A stretch of 64,000 bases of DNA from Candidatus Marinacidobacterales bacterium (GTDB taxonomy: Bacteria; Acidobacteriota; Vicinamibacteria; Marinacidobacterales; DATDRI01). The notes below the pieces were generated by a model. That model saw only the letters and a program-made list of their open reading frames with translations. It did no database searches and was not told the DNA's origin. Below, piece after piece: positions 26,711 through 36,170 of this stretch (within the stretch, counting starts at the first letter, position 1; the number at the start of each line of letters is the position of its first letter). The translations under genes and the position numbers were made by a program. The DNA lies in assembly GCA_965226495.1 (NCBI GenBank), contig OZ245365.1, positions 5,529,783 to 5,593,782 on the forward strand, read 5' to 3'.

Positions 26711-28306
26711 ATGTCCGTTGCCATGGGTTTTACACCGAGCACCGCCTGTCTCCTTTTGCTTTTGCACGCGCCCGGTGCTTTTCCGCAAACCGTGAAGAAG
26801 TCCTTGGCTCAATTGGAACGACAAGGATTCGAAGCGCTCGGTCAAGGAAGATACGATAGCGCCCTTGACGCATTCGAGTTGCTTCTTGTCGTGAACCCCG
26901 ACCGCGCCTCTGCCCATTACGGCAAAGGGCTCGCACTCACGGGCATGCTGAACTACTCGGCTGCCGTCGACTCCCTCGAGAATGCCGCTTCGCTCGATCC
27001 GAATCGTGCCGAGACCTGGCGACGACTCGTGACGCTCTATTCCCAGCTTCAGCGCGACGAGAAGGCGAAGCGCGCTTTTGAGAACGCTCGAAGACTCGCG
27101 CCGGTGCCGGATGAGGAAAGGCTAGGCCTGGCGCGCGCCTTGAGAAAGACGGGATGGCTTAAGGAAGCCCATGCTTTGCTCCGCGAGGCAGAGCCTCTCG
27201 GTGCGGAAGAATATTTCGAGCTTGGCCTCCTCGCACTGGAGGAAGACGACTCAGGCCGGGCGGAAGCGCACTTCGAGAAAGCGACCGCGGACCCGATACG
27301 CTCCGCAGCGGAGGCGGAATACCAGTACGGACGGACGCTCGAGACTCTGGGTAAGCCTGAGCCGGCGATCCAGCACTACCGTCGGGCGCTATCCAAGGAT
27401 CAGCGCCTTTTGAGCGCTCGCTTCCGATTGGGGACTCTCTTGCTGCGTACGGGCGATGCCGAGCAAGGTCGGGCTTTGCTGCGCGGGTACGAAGAGTTGC
27501 GTCAATGGGATCGGAGGGTAAATCTCTTGCTCTCCATGGTGACATCCGGAACACTCTCCGACACTGCAGAGCGAGAAAAGAAGCTCGAGCTCGTGAATCT
27601 ATTTCTTCAAGCCGGTGCCTTCGAAGACGCAGGCGCACTCATCCACTCGGCACTGGCCAAGGACTCGAACGACCCCGCATTTCTCGTTGCCCAAGCGGAG
27701 TGGCTCCTTTCGTCGGGACAGCCGGATAAGTCACGGGTGGTTCTGGACACCTTGGTCTCAGTATCCAGCCCTCTTCCAGATGCGCTCTGGCTTTCCGGTC
27801 GGCTCCACATTATTGAAGGTGAACCGAAGCAAGCGCTCGAATCCTTCCAACGGCTCATCGCGATCGATCCCGATCCACCCGCCGCCCTCTTGAAGGAGGT
27901 CGCCACCGCCTACGCCATGAGCGGGCAAAGCAGTCAAGCCGAGACCTATTTTCACAGGGCTATTCAGAAAGATCCGCTGCTGGCGGGAGCCCAGGCGGGG
28001 CTCGGCGCGCTTCTAGAGTCCACAGGACGCCTCGAGGAAGCGGAGCAGCGCTATCGCCGCGCCCTCGAGATCAATCCCGATCTTCTTTCCGCACAACAGC
28101 TACTTGCCGAGCTTCTTCTGCGAAGAGGCGATGCAGAAGATGCGGTGACGCTATTGCGAAGGAGTGTAACCACGAACCCCGCGAACGCACTGCTCCGTCG
28201 CAACCTCGCTCGCGCTCTCGAGAGGGTCGGGAACATCGCAGAAGGGGAGGCGGAGCTGGAAAAGGCTCGAGAGATCGAAGCGCGGAAAAGCCCGCGCACG
28301 AAATGA
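26711..28306 (+). CDS. Secreted tetratricopeptide-repeat protein
   Basis: Signal peptide, then at least 10 TPR-like 34-aa units (AHYGKGLALTGMLNYSAAVDSLENAASLDPNRAETW...). Confidence 0.8.
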   Translation: MSVAMGFTPSTACLLLLLHAPGAFPQTVKKSLAQLERQGFEALGQGRYDSALDAFELLLVVNPDRASAHYGKGLALTGMLNYSAAVDSLENAASLDPNRAETWRRLVTLYSQLQRDEKAKRAFENARRLAPVPDEERLGLARALRKTGWLKEAHALLREAEPLGAEEYFELGLLALEEDDSGRAEAHFEKATADPIRSAAEAEYQYGRTLETLGKPEPAIQHYRRALSKDQRLLSARFRLGTLLLRTGDAEQGRALLRGYEELRQWDRRVNLLLSMVTSGTLSDTAEREKKLELVNLFLQAGAFEDAGALIHSALAKDSNDPAFLVAQAEWLLSSGQPDKSRVVLDTLVSVSSPLPDALWLSGRLHIIEGEPKQALESFQRLIAIDPDPPAALLKEVATAYAMSGQSSQAETYFHRAIQKDPLLAGAQAGLGALLESTGRLEEAEQRYRRALEINPDLLSAQQLLAELLLRRGDAEDAVTLLRRSVTTNPANALLRRNLARALERVGNIAEGEAELEKAREIEARKSPRTK

Positions 28307-28435
28307 AGACCGCTGTCCTAGGACTGCGTTATTCTGACCGCTTGAGAAAGGGGGTCAAAGCCTCTGAGTTACGGAGACTTAGGAGGGAGTTAGCATGCTA
28401 CACGCGGATTTTCCAAGAATCGCAGCGAACTCCGA

Positions 28436-29773
28436 GTGACGAGCTACCACGCCCCGCTCGCTTGGCTTGGCGGCCCATCGCTGGCGAGCAACGTCCTTTT
28501 CAGTGTCGAACATGGGCAAGTCACCAACATCCGAGCGGCTGCGGACCCGACCGAGGCATCCCGACTCGGCGGCATCGTCCTCCCCGGCTTGGTAAGCGCG
28601 CATTCGCATGCTTTCCACCGCGCACTTCGTGGGAAGACGCATGGTGAAGGTGGCGATTTCTGGGCCTGGCGAAACAAGATGTACGCAATGGCCAATCGGC
28701 TCAACCCGACCACTTACCGCCGCCTTGCGACCGAGGTGTTCGGCGAGATGCTGCGAGCCGGGATCACAGCAGTCGGCGAATTTCACTACCTCCACCATCA
28801 GCCCGACGGCGCTCCGTATGCTGTAAGGCATGCAATGGAACACGCTATCGTGGGAGCCGCCCGCGACAGCGGTATCCGCCTCACGTTGATCGACACGCGC
28901 TACCTGTCCTCCGACATCGACGGATCGCCCCCGTTGCCCGAGCAACGGCGCTTCTCCGATGGGACCGTGAACGACTGGGCTACGCGAGTACGAGAACTCG
29001 CCGAATCACTCGACACGCCGACAGTTCGACTCGGTGTGGCCGCCCACAGCGTGCGAGCCGTGCCGGCACCAGATCTTCCGAACGTCGCGGCCCTCGCCGA
29101 CGAGCTCGACGCGCCGGTCCATGTCCACATATCGGAGCAGCGCGCCGAGAACGCCGCGTGTCGCGCCGCGCATGGCACCAGTCCCACAGCGCTCCTTCGC
29201 GACACCGGAGTGCTGAACCAGCGTGCGACGGCCGTGCACGCAACTCACTTGGAGGAAAGCAACATCGCAATCTATGGGTCTTCCGGAGCAGGCGTCTGCT
29301 TGTGCCCGACGACCGAACGCGAGCTCGGCGACGGGATCGGCCCGGCCATCGAATTGCGTGACGCAGGCGTACGACTCAGTCTCGGGAGCGACAGCAACGC
29401 GGTCGTCGATCTGTTCGAAGAGGCACGCGCCTTGGAGTTAAACGACCGGCTCCGTCTCGAACGACGCGGGATTCATGCACCCGAGCATCTGATGACGGCC
29501 GCAACAAGCGGCGGGATGCGCGCGTTGGGATGGGGCGACTGGCGGCCGCTCTCGGTCGGCGCTCCTGCCGACTTCATCGTGCTCGACCCGAACGCTGCGG
29601 AACTTGCCGGGTTCGAAACGGCCGACGGTGTCGGCGGGCTGCTGTTCGCGGCAACGCCGAGGGCCGTCTCGGACGTGGTGGTGGCCGGAGAACAGGTCAT
29701 ACGCAATGGTGAAAACGTGGGAGGACAATCTCCAACCGGTCTGGCTGCGGCAATCTTGGCGGTGTCGTCATGA
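28436..29773 (+). CDS. hutF: Formimidoylglutamate deiminase
   Basis: GTG start. YHAPLAWLGG...NVLFSVEHGQVTNI and SAHSHAFHRALRG match HutF (amidohydrolase superfamily, about 450 aa). Confidence 0.82.
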   Translation: MTSYHAPLAWLGGPSLASNVLFSVEHGQVTNIRAAADPTEASRLGGIVLPGLVSAHSHAFHRALRGKTHGEGGDFWAWRNKMYAMANRLNPTTYRRLATEVFGEMLRAGITAVGEFHYLHHQPDGAPYAVRHAMEHAIVGAARDSGIRLTLIDTRYLSSDIDGSPPLPEQRRFSDGTVNDWATRVRELAESLDTPTVRLGVAAHSVRAVPAPDLPNVAALADELDAPVHVHISEQRAENAACRAAHGTSPTALLRDTGVLNQRATAVHATHLEESNIAIYGSSGAGVCLCPTTERELGDGIGPAIELRDAGVRLSLGSDSNAVVDLFEEARALELNDRLRLERRGIHAPEHLMTAATSGGMRALGWGDWRPLSVGAPADFIVLDPNAAELAGFETADGVGGLLFAATPRAVSDVVVAGEQVIRNGENVGGQSPTGLAAAILAVSS

Positions 29774-31002
29774 CAATCTCCGTTGACACCGTGATCGTCG
29801 ACGGGATCGTTGCAACCTTGCAATCCGGATCGGCTGGATCGGAGCCATACGGGCTGCTCAGCGACGCCGTCATAGGGATCACCGATGGCCGCATCAGCTA
29901 TCTCGGTCCGGAGGTCGGTGCCGAAACCAAGCAGCGTTGGTCCGTCGGCGGCCGGTTGATCACACCCGCCCTCATCGACTGTCACACCCACCTCGTCTTC
30001 GGAGGCGAACGCATCACCGAGTTCGAGCGACGACTCGGTGGCACCACTTACGAAGAGATTGCGAGTGCCGGCGGCGGCATCCTTTCGACAGTCACAGCCA
30101 CCAGAGCCGCGTCGAACGACGAACTTTTTGATTCCGGCGCTCGCCGCCTCCGCTGGCTACTACAGAGCGGTGTCGGCACGGTGGAGATCAAGTCGGGCTA
30201 CGGGCTGAATGCCCACCATGAGCTACGCATGCTGCGGGTGGCCCGACGTCTCGGCGACGCGTTGCCGGTGCGGATCGTGACGTCGCTCCTCGCGGCTCAC
30301 GCCATCCCTCCCGAACATCGAGCAGACCCGGACCGTTACATCTCCGAGATCTGCGAAGACATGATCCCGGCGGCGGCGGAAGAGGGATTGGCCGATTCTG
30401 TGGATGCGTATGGCGAACGGATTGCATTTACACCGGCACAGGTCCGCCGGGTCTTCGACGCGGCGCGCGACGCCAATCTAGCAGTGCGATTGCACGCCGA
30501 CCAGTTGAGCGATTCGGGCGGTGCCGCTTTGGCGGCCGAGTATGGCGCGTTGTCCGCGGATCACCTCGAACACACCTCCGATGCAGGCGTTGACGCGTTG
30601 GCGACTGCGGGCACGGTCGCGGTACTGATCCCAGGAGCGTCCGCCTTCCTGAACGAGGAAGCACGCCCACCGATCGCAAAGATGCGTCGCGCCGGCGTGC
30701 GGATCGCGGTCTCAACCGATCTCAACCCCGGGACCGCTCCATTCGGTTCCCTCCAAGAAGCGATGGCATTGGCCAGCGCTCGCTTCCGGCTGACACCTGA
30801 GGAAACGCTGGCCGGGACCACTCGACATGCGGCGGCCGCTCTCGGTTTGGGCGACACCGGGGTTATCCAGCCCGGCATGCGTGCCGACCTCACGGTTTGG
30901 GACGTGAAGTCGCCGGCGGCTTTGTCGTACTGGTCCGGGGCACCACTCTGCGCGGAGGTATGGATCAACGGAATCATCCACTATGAAAGAGACGAACCAT
31001 GA
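29770..31002 (+). CDS. hutI: Imidazolonepropionase
   Basis: LIDCHTHLVFGGERITEFERRLGGTTYEEIASAGGGI is the HutI signature. 4-bp ATGA overlap with hutF. Confidence 0.9.
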   Translation: MTISVDTVIVDGIVATLQSGSAGSEPYGLLSDAVIGITDGRISYLGPEVGAETKQRWSVGGRLITPALIDCHTHLVFGGERITEFERRLGGTTYEEIASAGGGILSTVTATRAASNDELFDSGARRLRWLLQSGVGTVEIKSGYGLNAHHELRMLRVARRLGDALPVRIVTSLLAAHAIPPEHRADPDRYISEICEDMIPAAAEEGLADSVDAYGERIAFTPAQVRRVFDAARDANLAVRLHADQLSDSGGAALAAEYGALSADHLEHTSDAGVDALATAGTVAVLIPGASAFLNEEARPPIAKMRRAGVRIAVSTDLNPGTAPFGSLQEAMALASARFRLTPEETLAGTTRHAAAALGLGDTGVIQPGMRADLTVWDVKSPAALSYWSGAPLCAEVWINGIIHYERDEP

Positions 31003-31580
31003 TCCGCCCCATTCCACAGATCGGCGACCCCATCCTGCGAACCGCCGCCACCGCCGTTACCCTCGAAGAGCTCCGTGGCGAGGAGACGCAGCAACTCATC
31101 GACGACATGATCGAAACGATGCGCCATGCCGAAGGTGCCGGAATCGCCGCCCAGCAAGTCGGCGTCCCGGTAAGAATCTGCATCCTCAGTGTGGAGCGGA
31201 ACGAGCGGTATCCCTACAAGCCACCGCTTCCCCTCACCGTGCTCGTCAACCCGGTGCTCGAGGTTCTCGAGGACGTCACCTTTCTCAACAACGAAGGCTG
31301 CTTGAGCGTGCCGCTACGTGGCGATCTCCATCGTTTCATGACCGTACGCGTCCGCTCCTTGGATCGGCATGGGGAGAAGTTCGAACAGACCTATCGCGGT
31401 TTGAGTGCCGGCAGCGTGCAACACGAGCTCGATCATCTCGACGGGCACCTCATCGTCGACCGGATCCACGACCCCACTACGTTCTCGACTTGGGACAACT
31501 TCAAGATGTACGGGTATGACGACTACATCCGGCGGATCCAGCCCGTGATCGAAAAGACCGAACCGCGATCGGAGAAGTGA
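30999..31580 (+). CDS. def: Peptide deformylase-family metallohydrolase (paralog embedded in the hut operon)
   Basis: All three PDF motifs are present: GAGIAAQQVGV, EGCLSVP, QHELDHLDG. 193 aa. 4-bp ATGA overlap with hutI. No fmt gene adjacent. Confidence 0.85.
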   Translation: MIRPIPQIGDPILRTAATAVTLEELRGEETQQLIDDMIETMRHAEGAGIAAQQVGVPVRICILSVERNERYPYKPPLPLTVLVNPVLEVLEDVTFLNNEGCLSVPLRGDLHRFMTVRVRSLDRHGEKFEQTYRGLSAGSVQHELDHLDGHLIVDRIHDPTTFSTWDNFKMYGYDDYIRRIQPVIEKTEPRSEK

Positions 31581-31615
31581 TAACCGGCATCGCCTCGCCG
31601 GCACTTTACCTAGAC

Positions 31616-32147
31616 CTACTTGCGGGCGGTCTCGGTATCCTTCTCAGCTTTTTCAGGTGCAGGATTTTCGGGCTCCGGAGGTGGACTCCAGAAGTTCGGG
31701 CTGCCTCCGGCCTTTGCGGCATGCTCACCATGGTAGAGAGCGCAGTTGAAGACGATGCGGAAGGTGCCAAACGATTGGCCTCGCCATTGCGGTCGAAAGC
31801 CAAGCAGGACGACGTGACCCTTGCCGTGGCGAACATCCAAAGCGGCAGCGAAACCGTTGATGTGCTCCTCACCTAGCAAGTAGCCCGACAGAAGGGGAGA
31901 GCCCGCCTCGCCAGGCCACCATCGCAATGAGTGTGGGTATCGATGAATCCGGGAGCGACGACCAAACTCTCAGCATCAATGATCTGGGCGGCCGTTTTCC
32001 CGGCCAGCTCCCCTATCTCGACGATGGTGTCTCCCATGATGCCGACGTCGCCTCGAAACCCGGAATCTCCGGAACCATCAACGTTCCGTTCGTTCTGATG
32101 AGGATGTCAAAATCTTCACCAGCGCTGACACAACCGAACGAGATCAA
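31616..32147 (-). pseudogene. Remnant of an N-acyl-D-amino-acid deacylase-like amidohydrolase (frameshifted, internally deleted)
   Basis: Minus-strand frames read (M)CVSAGEDFDILIRTNGT then a shift, then [53 protein letters not shown], the classic amidohydrolase N-terminus. It is followed by a stop and an unrelated about 100-aa ORF. It is far too short for the roughly 480-aa family. Confidence 0.5.
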
Positions 32148-32267
32148 AATGAGAATTAAGCTGCGTTCGGGCATGGTTCCCCTCGTGGCCCGGAACTGTA
32201 CCGACGGAAACGTAGCCCGGCAAGAGTAGAGCGCCCTGAACCACCGTGGGGAGATTCCTTTCCGAGT

Positions 32268-33140
32268 GTGTTACGCTCGCGCGAAATGCCAGTCTACAAC
32301 GGCACCGGCATGCTCAAGAAGGTCTTGCTCTGTCCGTCCACCTATTACGAGCTGGTTCCAGTCGACGACTACGCGCGAACCGCGCTCGAACGAGGCGACA
32401 AGGTCGACCACGAGAAGGCCGAGGCACAGCACAACGAACTAGTTGATATCTACCGAGATGCAGGGGTTGACGTCTTTTGGACCGAGGAGCCCGACCCCAC
32501 CCGCCACTACGCAGTCAACGCGCGGGATTTCGCCGTCAACTCTCCTGAAGGGTTCGTCATCTGTCGCTTCAAGTATTCGGAGCGCCGAGGAGAAGAGATT
32601 CCCGGCGAAAAACAATTACGGAAATTGGGCTACAACATTTTCGGACACATCGAGCGCGGTTGTTGGGAAGGCGGTGACAATAAGTACATCGACGACAAGA
32701 ATCTCGCCACCGGAACAGGGGAGCGAAGCACCTGGCCCGGTATTCACAACGCACAAGAGATATTCGCCAAACAAGGCATCAAGGTGCATGGCATTCCCTT
32801 CCCACCGAAATGGACTCATCTTGATTGTCTTTTCGCTCCCGTCGCCCCGAAGCTGGCTTTGATCGTGAAATCCGAGGTCCCCGACTGGTTCGTGGGATTT
32901 CTCGAAGGCCGAGAATGCGAGCTGGTAGACATCCCCGTAGAAAAAGCCGAAGGAGAGGTCGCCCTCAACGTATTGTGTCTTGGCAAGGATCGAGTTATCT
33001 CTTTCAAAGACAACACGTATATCAATGACATCTTGAAAGGCCTGGGGCTAACTGTCTACGCACCAGATCTAAGCGAGTACACCGAGCGCGGTCAGGGACC
33101 GCATTGCCTGACCTGCGAGCTCGATCGAGATCGGGAATAG
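32268..33140 (+). CDS. Amidinotransferase-superfamily enzyme (DDAH/arginine-deiminase-like fold)
   Basis: CWEGGDNKYIDDKNLATGTGERS (EGGD...G.SERT motif) and C-terminal GQGPHCLTCEL (GG.HC catalytic Cys). About 290 aa fits DDAH-size enzymes. Start is GTG 32268 or ATG 32286. Confidence 0.6.
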   Translation: MLRSREMPVYNGTGMLKKVLLCPSTYYELVPVDDYARTALERGDKVDHEKAEAQHNELVDIYRDAGVDVFWTEEPDPTRHYAVNARDFAVNSPEGFVICRFKYSERRGEEIPGEKQLRKLGYNIFGHIERGCWEGGDNKYIDDKNLATGTGERSTWPGIHNAQEIFAKQGIKVHGIPFPPKWTHLDCLFAPVAPKLALIVKSEVPDWFVGFLEGRECELVDIPVEKAEGEVALNVLCLGKDRVISFKDNTYINDILKGLGLTVYAPDLSEYTERGQGPHCLTCELDRDRE

Positions 33141-33215
33141 GCATGCTCGTCAGCTCGGGTCGTATCAACAATATTTATTTTGAAAAAGCCCGCTAGTGAA
33201 CGGGTAGGAGATGCC

Positions 33216-33568
33216 ATGAAGATCACTCTATTTCGACGCCTGGCTCTAACCGTTTTGTTACGGGGTGATGGGCGGCAGCATGCAACCAACAAGGCCACGT
33301 CCAGGTGCTCCTCAACATGATCGAGTTCGGGATGAATGTGCAGGAGGCGGGTGAGGCACCACGGTTCCGGCACTTCACCGGTCCAAACGTCGGCTTCGAA
33401 TCGGGGATCGACATCGAAGTGCTGCAGGAGCTCATCCGAAAGGGTCATCGGCCCATGACGCGCATGGGAGTCTATGGCGGATACCAAGCCATCCGGATTG
33501 ATTGGGAAACCGGCGTCCTCATCGGAGGCTCCGATCCCCGCAAGGACGGGGCCGCCATGGGTTATTGA
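33216..33568 (+). pseudogene. ggt: gamma-Glutamyltranspeptidase remnant: signal-peptide-like start plus only the last about 90 aa of the small subunit
   Basis: 33305-33568 encodes (Q)VLLNMIEFGMNVQEAGEAPRFRHF...GGYQAIRIDWETGVLIGGSDPRKDGAAMGY*, which matches the GGT C-terminus (…LQMVVNSIDYGMNVAEATNAPRFHHQW...GASDPRSVDDLTAGY). 33216 encodes MKITLFRRLALTVLL in another frame. The N-terminal 400+ aa are missing. Confidence 0.7.
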
Positions 33569-33628
33569 GCTGAATCAGGGGAGGTGCAGTTCAACCGCAG
33601 TTTGTGTCGGGGCCGAGTCGAAGGAGAC

Positions 33629-35638
33629 CTATTTCTTCTCTTGCTTTTCACGTTTCCACGGTTCCCAGTCCATCCCCATGACATATTTCTGCATCCACCT
33701 GATCTCTTCATTGTCGCGGGTGCGCTGGTGTCTAGCTTCCTGGAAACGATGTGGCTCGCGCGGAAATCTCACATAACGCACCGGCGCCTTGCCGATGTCT
33801 TTGAGGGCGGTAAAGAACATCATGGCCTGGTTGGCGGTACTGACCAGATCGCGATCCCCGTGGAGTAGGATCGTTGGGGTCGTCACGTTCTTGACGTACC
33901 AGAGTGACGAAACCCGGCGCCACTCCTCCGGATTGATCCAGTGGGCTCCCCCAATATAGTGAAGCCTGAGGTCAAAGCTGTTCCCGGGTCCCGTCTCTGC
34001 CGTCCAACTTCCCACCATCGCCCCGAGCGACGCGGCCTTGAAACGGTTGGTCTGAGTAATAACCCAGCTCCCAAGAATTCCTCCCCAACTCCAGCCGCGC
34101 AGCGCCAGCCGCTCTGGATCGACGTTTCGCTCTGCAATCACATAGTCGACGCCGGTCATGAGATCCTCGTACTCGCCACCGCCCACGTCGCCCATTAGTG
34201 CAGTCAGAAGATCATCGCCATAGCTGTCGCTACCGCGGATGTTCGGCCCCAGGGAGGCGTACCCCAGGCCCCCGAAAATGTGGAACTCGGTCCGGAACCG
34301 GTTCCAATAGTGATCCTCGGGGCCGCCGTGGATGTGGAGGATGAGGGGAAGCTTGGTCCCGGCCCGATGGTCCCCGGGCAGATAGAACACCCCTTCGATC
34401 TCCATCCCATCCTTGCTCTTCCAGCGGATTATCTCCGCCTTCGCCATCAGAATCTCTTTTTCGATCCAGGGGTTGGCGTTCGTTAGACGCACTGGGTTGA
34501 GCTCATCCAACGAAGACGAATACAAATCGGTCGGAGTTTTGAAATCGTTGAGCGAGTAGACCATTCTCGATCGATCTTTCGAGAAATCGAGAGCGCGGAG
34601 GGTACCGCTGACGCTCGTGACGTCGGTGACACGGTTCGTCGCGACGTCGAGGCGCTGGAGATTGCTGTTCGTCCGGCGCGTCTCGTTGAACAGCAGGCTC
34701 TTGCTGTCCGGCGCCCAAGTAAGATTGGAGATCTCGCCTTGATTCTGACCTTGAAGTTTCTTCTTCTCTTTTGTTTCCGGATTCATCACCCAGATAAAAC
34801 CGTTGGTTAGTTCGTACTCGCCGTCGGAAGGGGCGTGGTAGGCAATGGTTTCGCCATCCGGAGACCAGATAACGCTGCTTTCGGGAGCGTTGTTATTGGT
34901 GAGGCGAACGATCTCAGGCTTCCCGGTATCGACGAGGTAGAGCTCCGACAAGTAGAAGTAATCATCGAGTTCCTGCCGCTCCGCCGCAAAGACTGCTCGC
35001 TCGCCGTCCGGCGAGATGTCGAACTCACTGATGACGAGCTCTTCGTCCGTGAGGCGGATCTCTTCCATGGAAGAAAGGTCGAGCGCCCAAAGGTTGCGCC
35101 AACTTCCTTCCTCTCGCCCATGCGGGCCCTCACGGACGAAGTATGCATCCTCCCCCTTGTCATGCTCCTTTTCCTTTTCCTCGCTCAGCGCCTCGTCGGC
35201 GGTGAAGAATATCCCACGCCCGTCCGGAGACCATTTGTAAGACTCGACACCGTTCTCATGATCGGTGAGTCTCGTGGCCTCGCCACCATCGGTTCTCATC
35301 CAAAAGACCTGGTCGTCGTCATCGATGGACCTAAAAAAAGAGAGATACTTCCCGTCCGGGGAGAACTGGAACGATTCGCCCCCCGCGTCCCCAATGAACT
35401 GAGTGGCATCCCCGCCTCCGGCGGGAATCATGTAGTATTTCTTCTTCCTCTCGTTCTCGTCCCAATCGAGCTCCGATTCAGAAAAGAAGACCCATTCGCC
35501 ATCCGGGGCCATGATCACGTCTGCGATGCGGATCATGTTCAGGGCGTCGTCGACAGTCATGGGACGGCGTGCCGAACCTTGTGCGAGAAGGCTCGAACCA
35601 ATGAACACACCAGTAACGATGCTGATGCTTACGCGCAT
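33629..35638 (-). CDS. S9-family serine peptidase (N-terminal beta-propeller plus prolyl-oligopeptidase/acylaminoacyl-peptidase catalytic domain)
   Basis: Signal peptide. WD40-like propeller repeats (FSPDGKYLSF, WSPDGRGIFF, WSPDGETIAY). Catalytic GWSWGGILGS (GxSxGG) with downstream Asp/His region (LLHGDRD...PHRF). Confidence 0.85.
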   Translation of the reverse strand: MRVSISIVTGVFIGSSLLAQGSARRPMTVDDALNMIRIADVIMAPDGEWVFFSESELDWDENERKKKYYMIPAGGGDATQFIGDAGGESFQFSPDGKYLSFFRSIDDDDQVFWMRTDGGEATRLTDHENGVESYKWSPDGRGIFFTADEALSEEKEKEHDKGEDAYFVREGPHGREEGSWRNLWALDLSSMEEIRLTDEELVISEFDISPDGERAVFAAERQELDDYFYLSELYLVDTGKPEIVRLTNNNAPESSVIWSPDGETIAYHAPSDGEYELTNGFIWVMNPETKEKKKLQGQNQGEISNLTWAPDSKSLLFNETRRTNSNLQRLDVATNRVTDVTSVSGTLRALDFSKDRSRMVYSLNDFKTPTDLYSSSLDELNPVRLTNANPWIEKEILMAKAEIIRWKSKDGMEIEGVFYLPGDHRAGTKLPLILHIHGGPEDHYWNRFRTEFHIFGGLGYASLGPNIRGSDSYGDDLLTALMGDVGGGEYEDLMTGVDYVIAERNVDPERLALRGWSWGGILGSWVITQTNRFKAASLGAMVGSWTAETGPGNSFDLRLHYIGGAHWINPEEWRRVSSLWYVKNVTTPTILLHGDRDLVSTANQAMMFFTALKDIGKAPVRYVRFPREPHRFQEARHQRTRDNEEIRWMQKYVMGMDWEPWKREKQEKK

Positions 35639-35639
35639 A

Positions 35640-36130
35640 ATTGAATCACGGAGCTATTCCAACCTTCCTCTGTGTTCTGGGCACCGCGGATGCCGACCTG
35701 CACCGCCCGCTTGGGATCGAGCAACCCCTCTTCGACAGCCCGTCGGAACGGCGCGGCGTGCACCTTACGGCAGAACTCCGCAATATCTTCGAGCGCTTCT
35801 TCCACGTTGTAACCATGTGTCAGAATGACGTCACCCCAAATCGGCCACGCGGCAAAGCTCGTAGGGATCGATCTTGCTGACGTGATGGATAGCGCGCATC
35901 AGGCTCGAGCTGTTTCGCATTTCGCAAGGGCCATGCCGTGCGCCGGTCCTATTGGTGACCGCGATGTCGAACGGCACACCAATCAAGCCGATGTCTACTT
36001 CAGAGGGATCACGAACGAGCGGGGCACGCATGAAGGTAGCGATGTCCGTGTAGCGCGGCGACAGCACGGGGTTATAGTCGTCGGCCACGAGCCGTGTCCG
36101 CTCCTTTGGCTTGTTCACGATATATAGCTT
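35640..36130 (-). pseudogene. Agmatinase/arginase-family (ureohydrolase) remnant: frameshift, about 50-aa internal deletion removing the Mn-binding motifs, and 3' truncation
   Basis: Frame 1 reads DIATFMRAPLVRDPSEVDIGLIGVPFDIAVTNRTGARHGPCEMRNSS...RVADLG*, the family N-terminus. After a +1 slip at TTGGGG it continues DLGDVILTHGYNVEEALEDIAEFCRKVHAAPFRRAVEEGLLDPKRAVQVGIRGAQNTEEGW...LCA*. This skips the GGDH/DAHxD region and ends where the S9 gene starts. Confidence 0.65.
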
Positions 36131-36170
36131 CCCCGTGCTCGTTGAACCCTCTTGGACAGTGCCCGGACCG

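Noticed and set aside
31577-31876. 99-aa + ORF immediately after def
   Set aside because: It is antisense to the amidohydrolase relic region and has no homology. The minus-strand 103-aa ORF 31616-31927 (…[27 protein letters not shown]) might be a C-terminal relic of some hydrolase, but I could not place it in a family.
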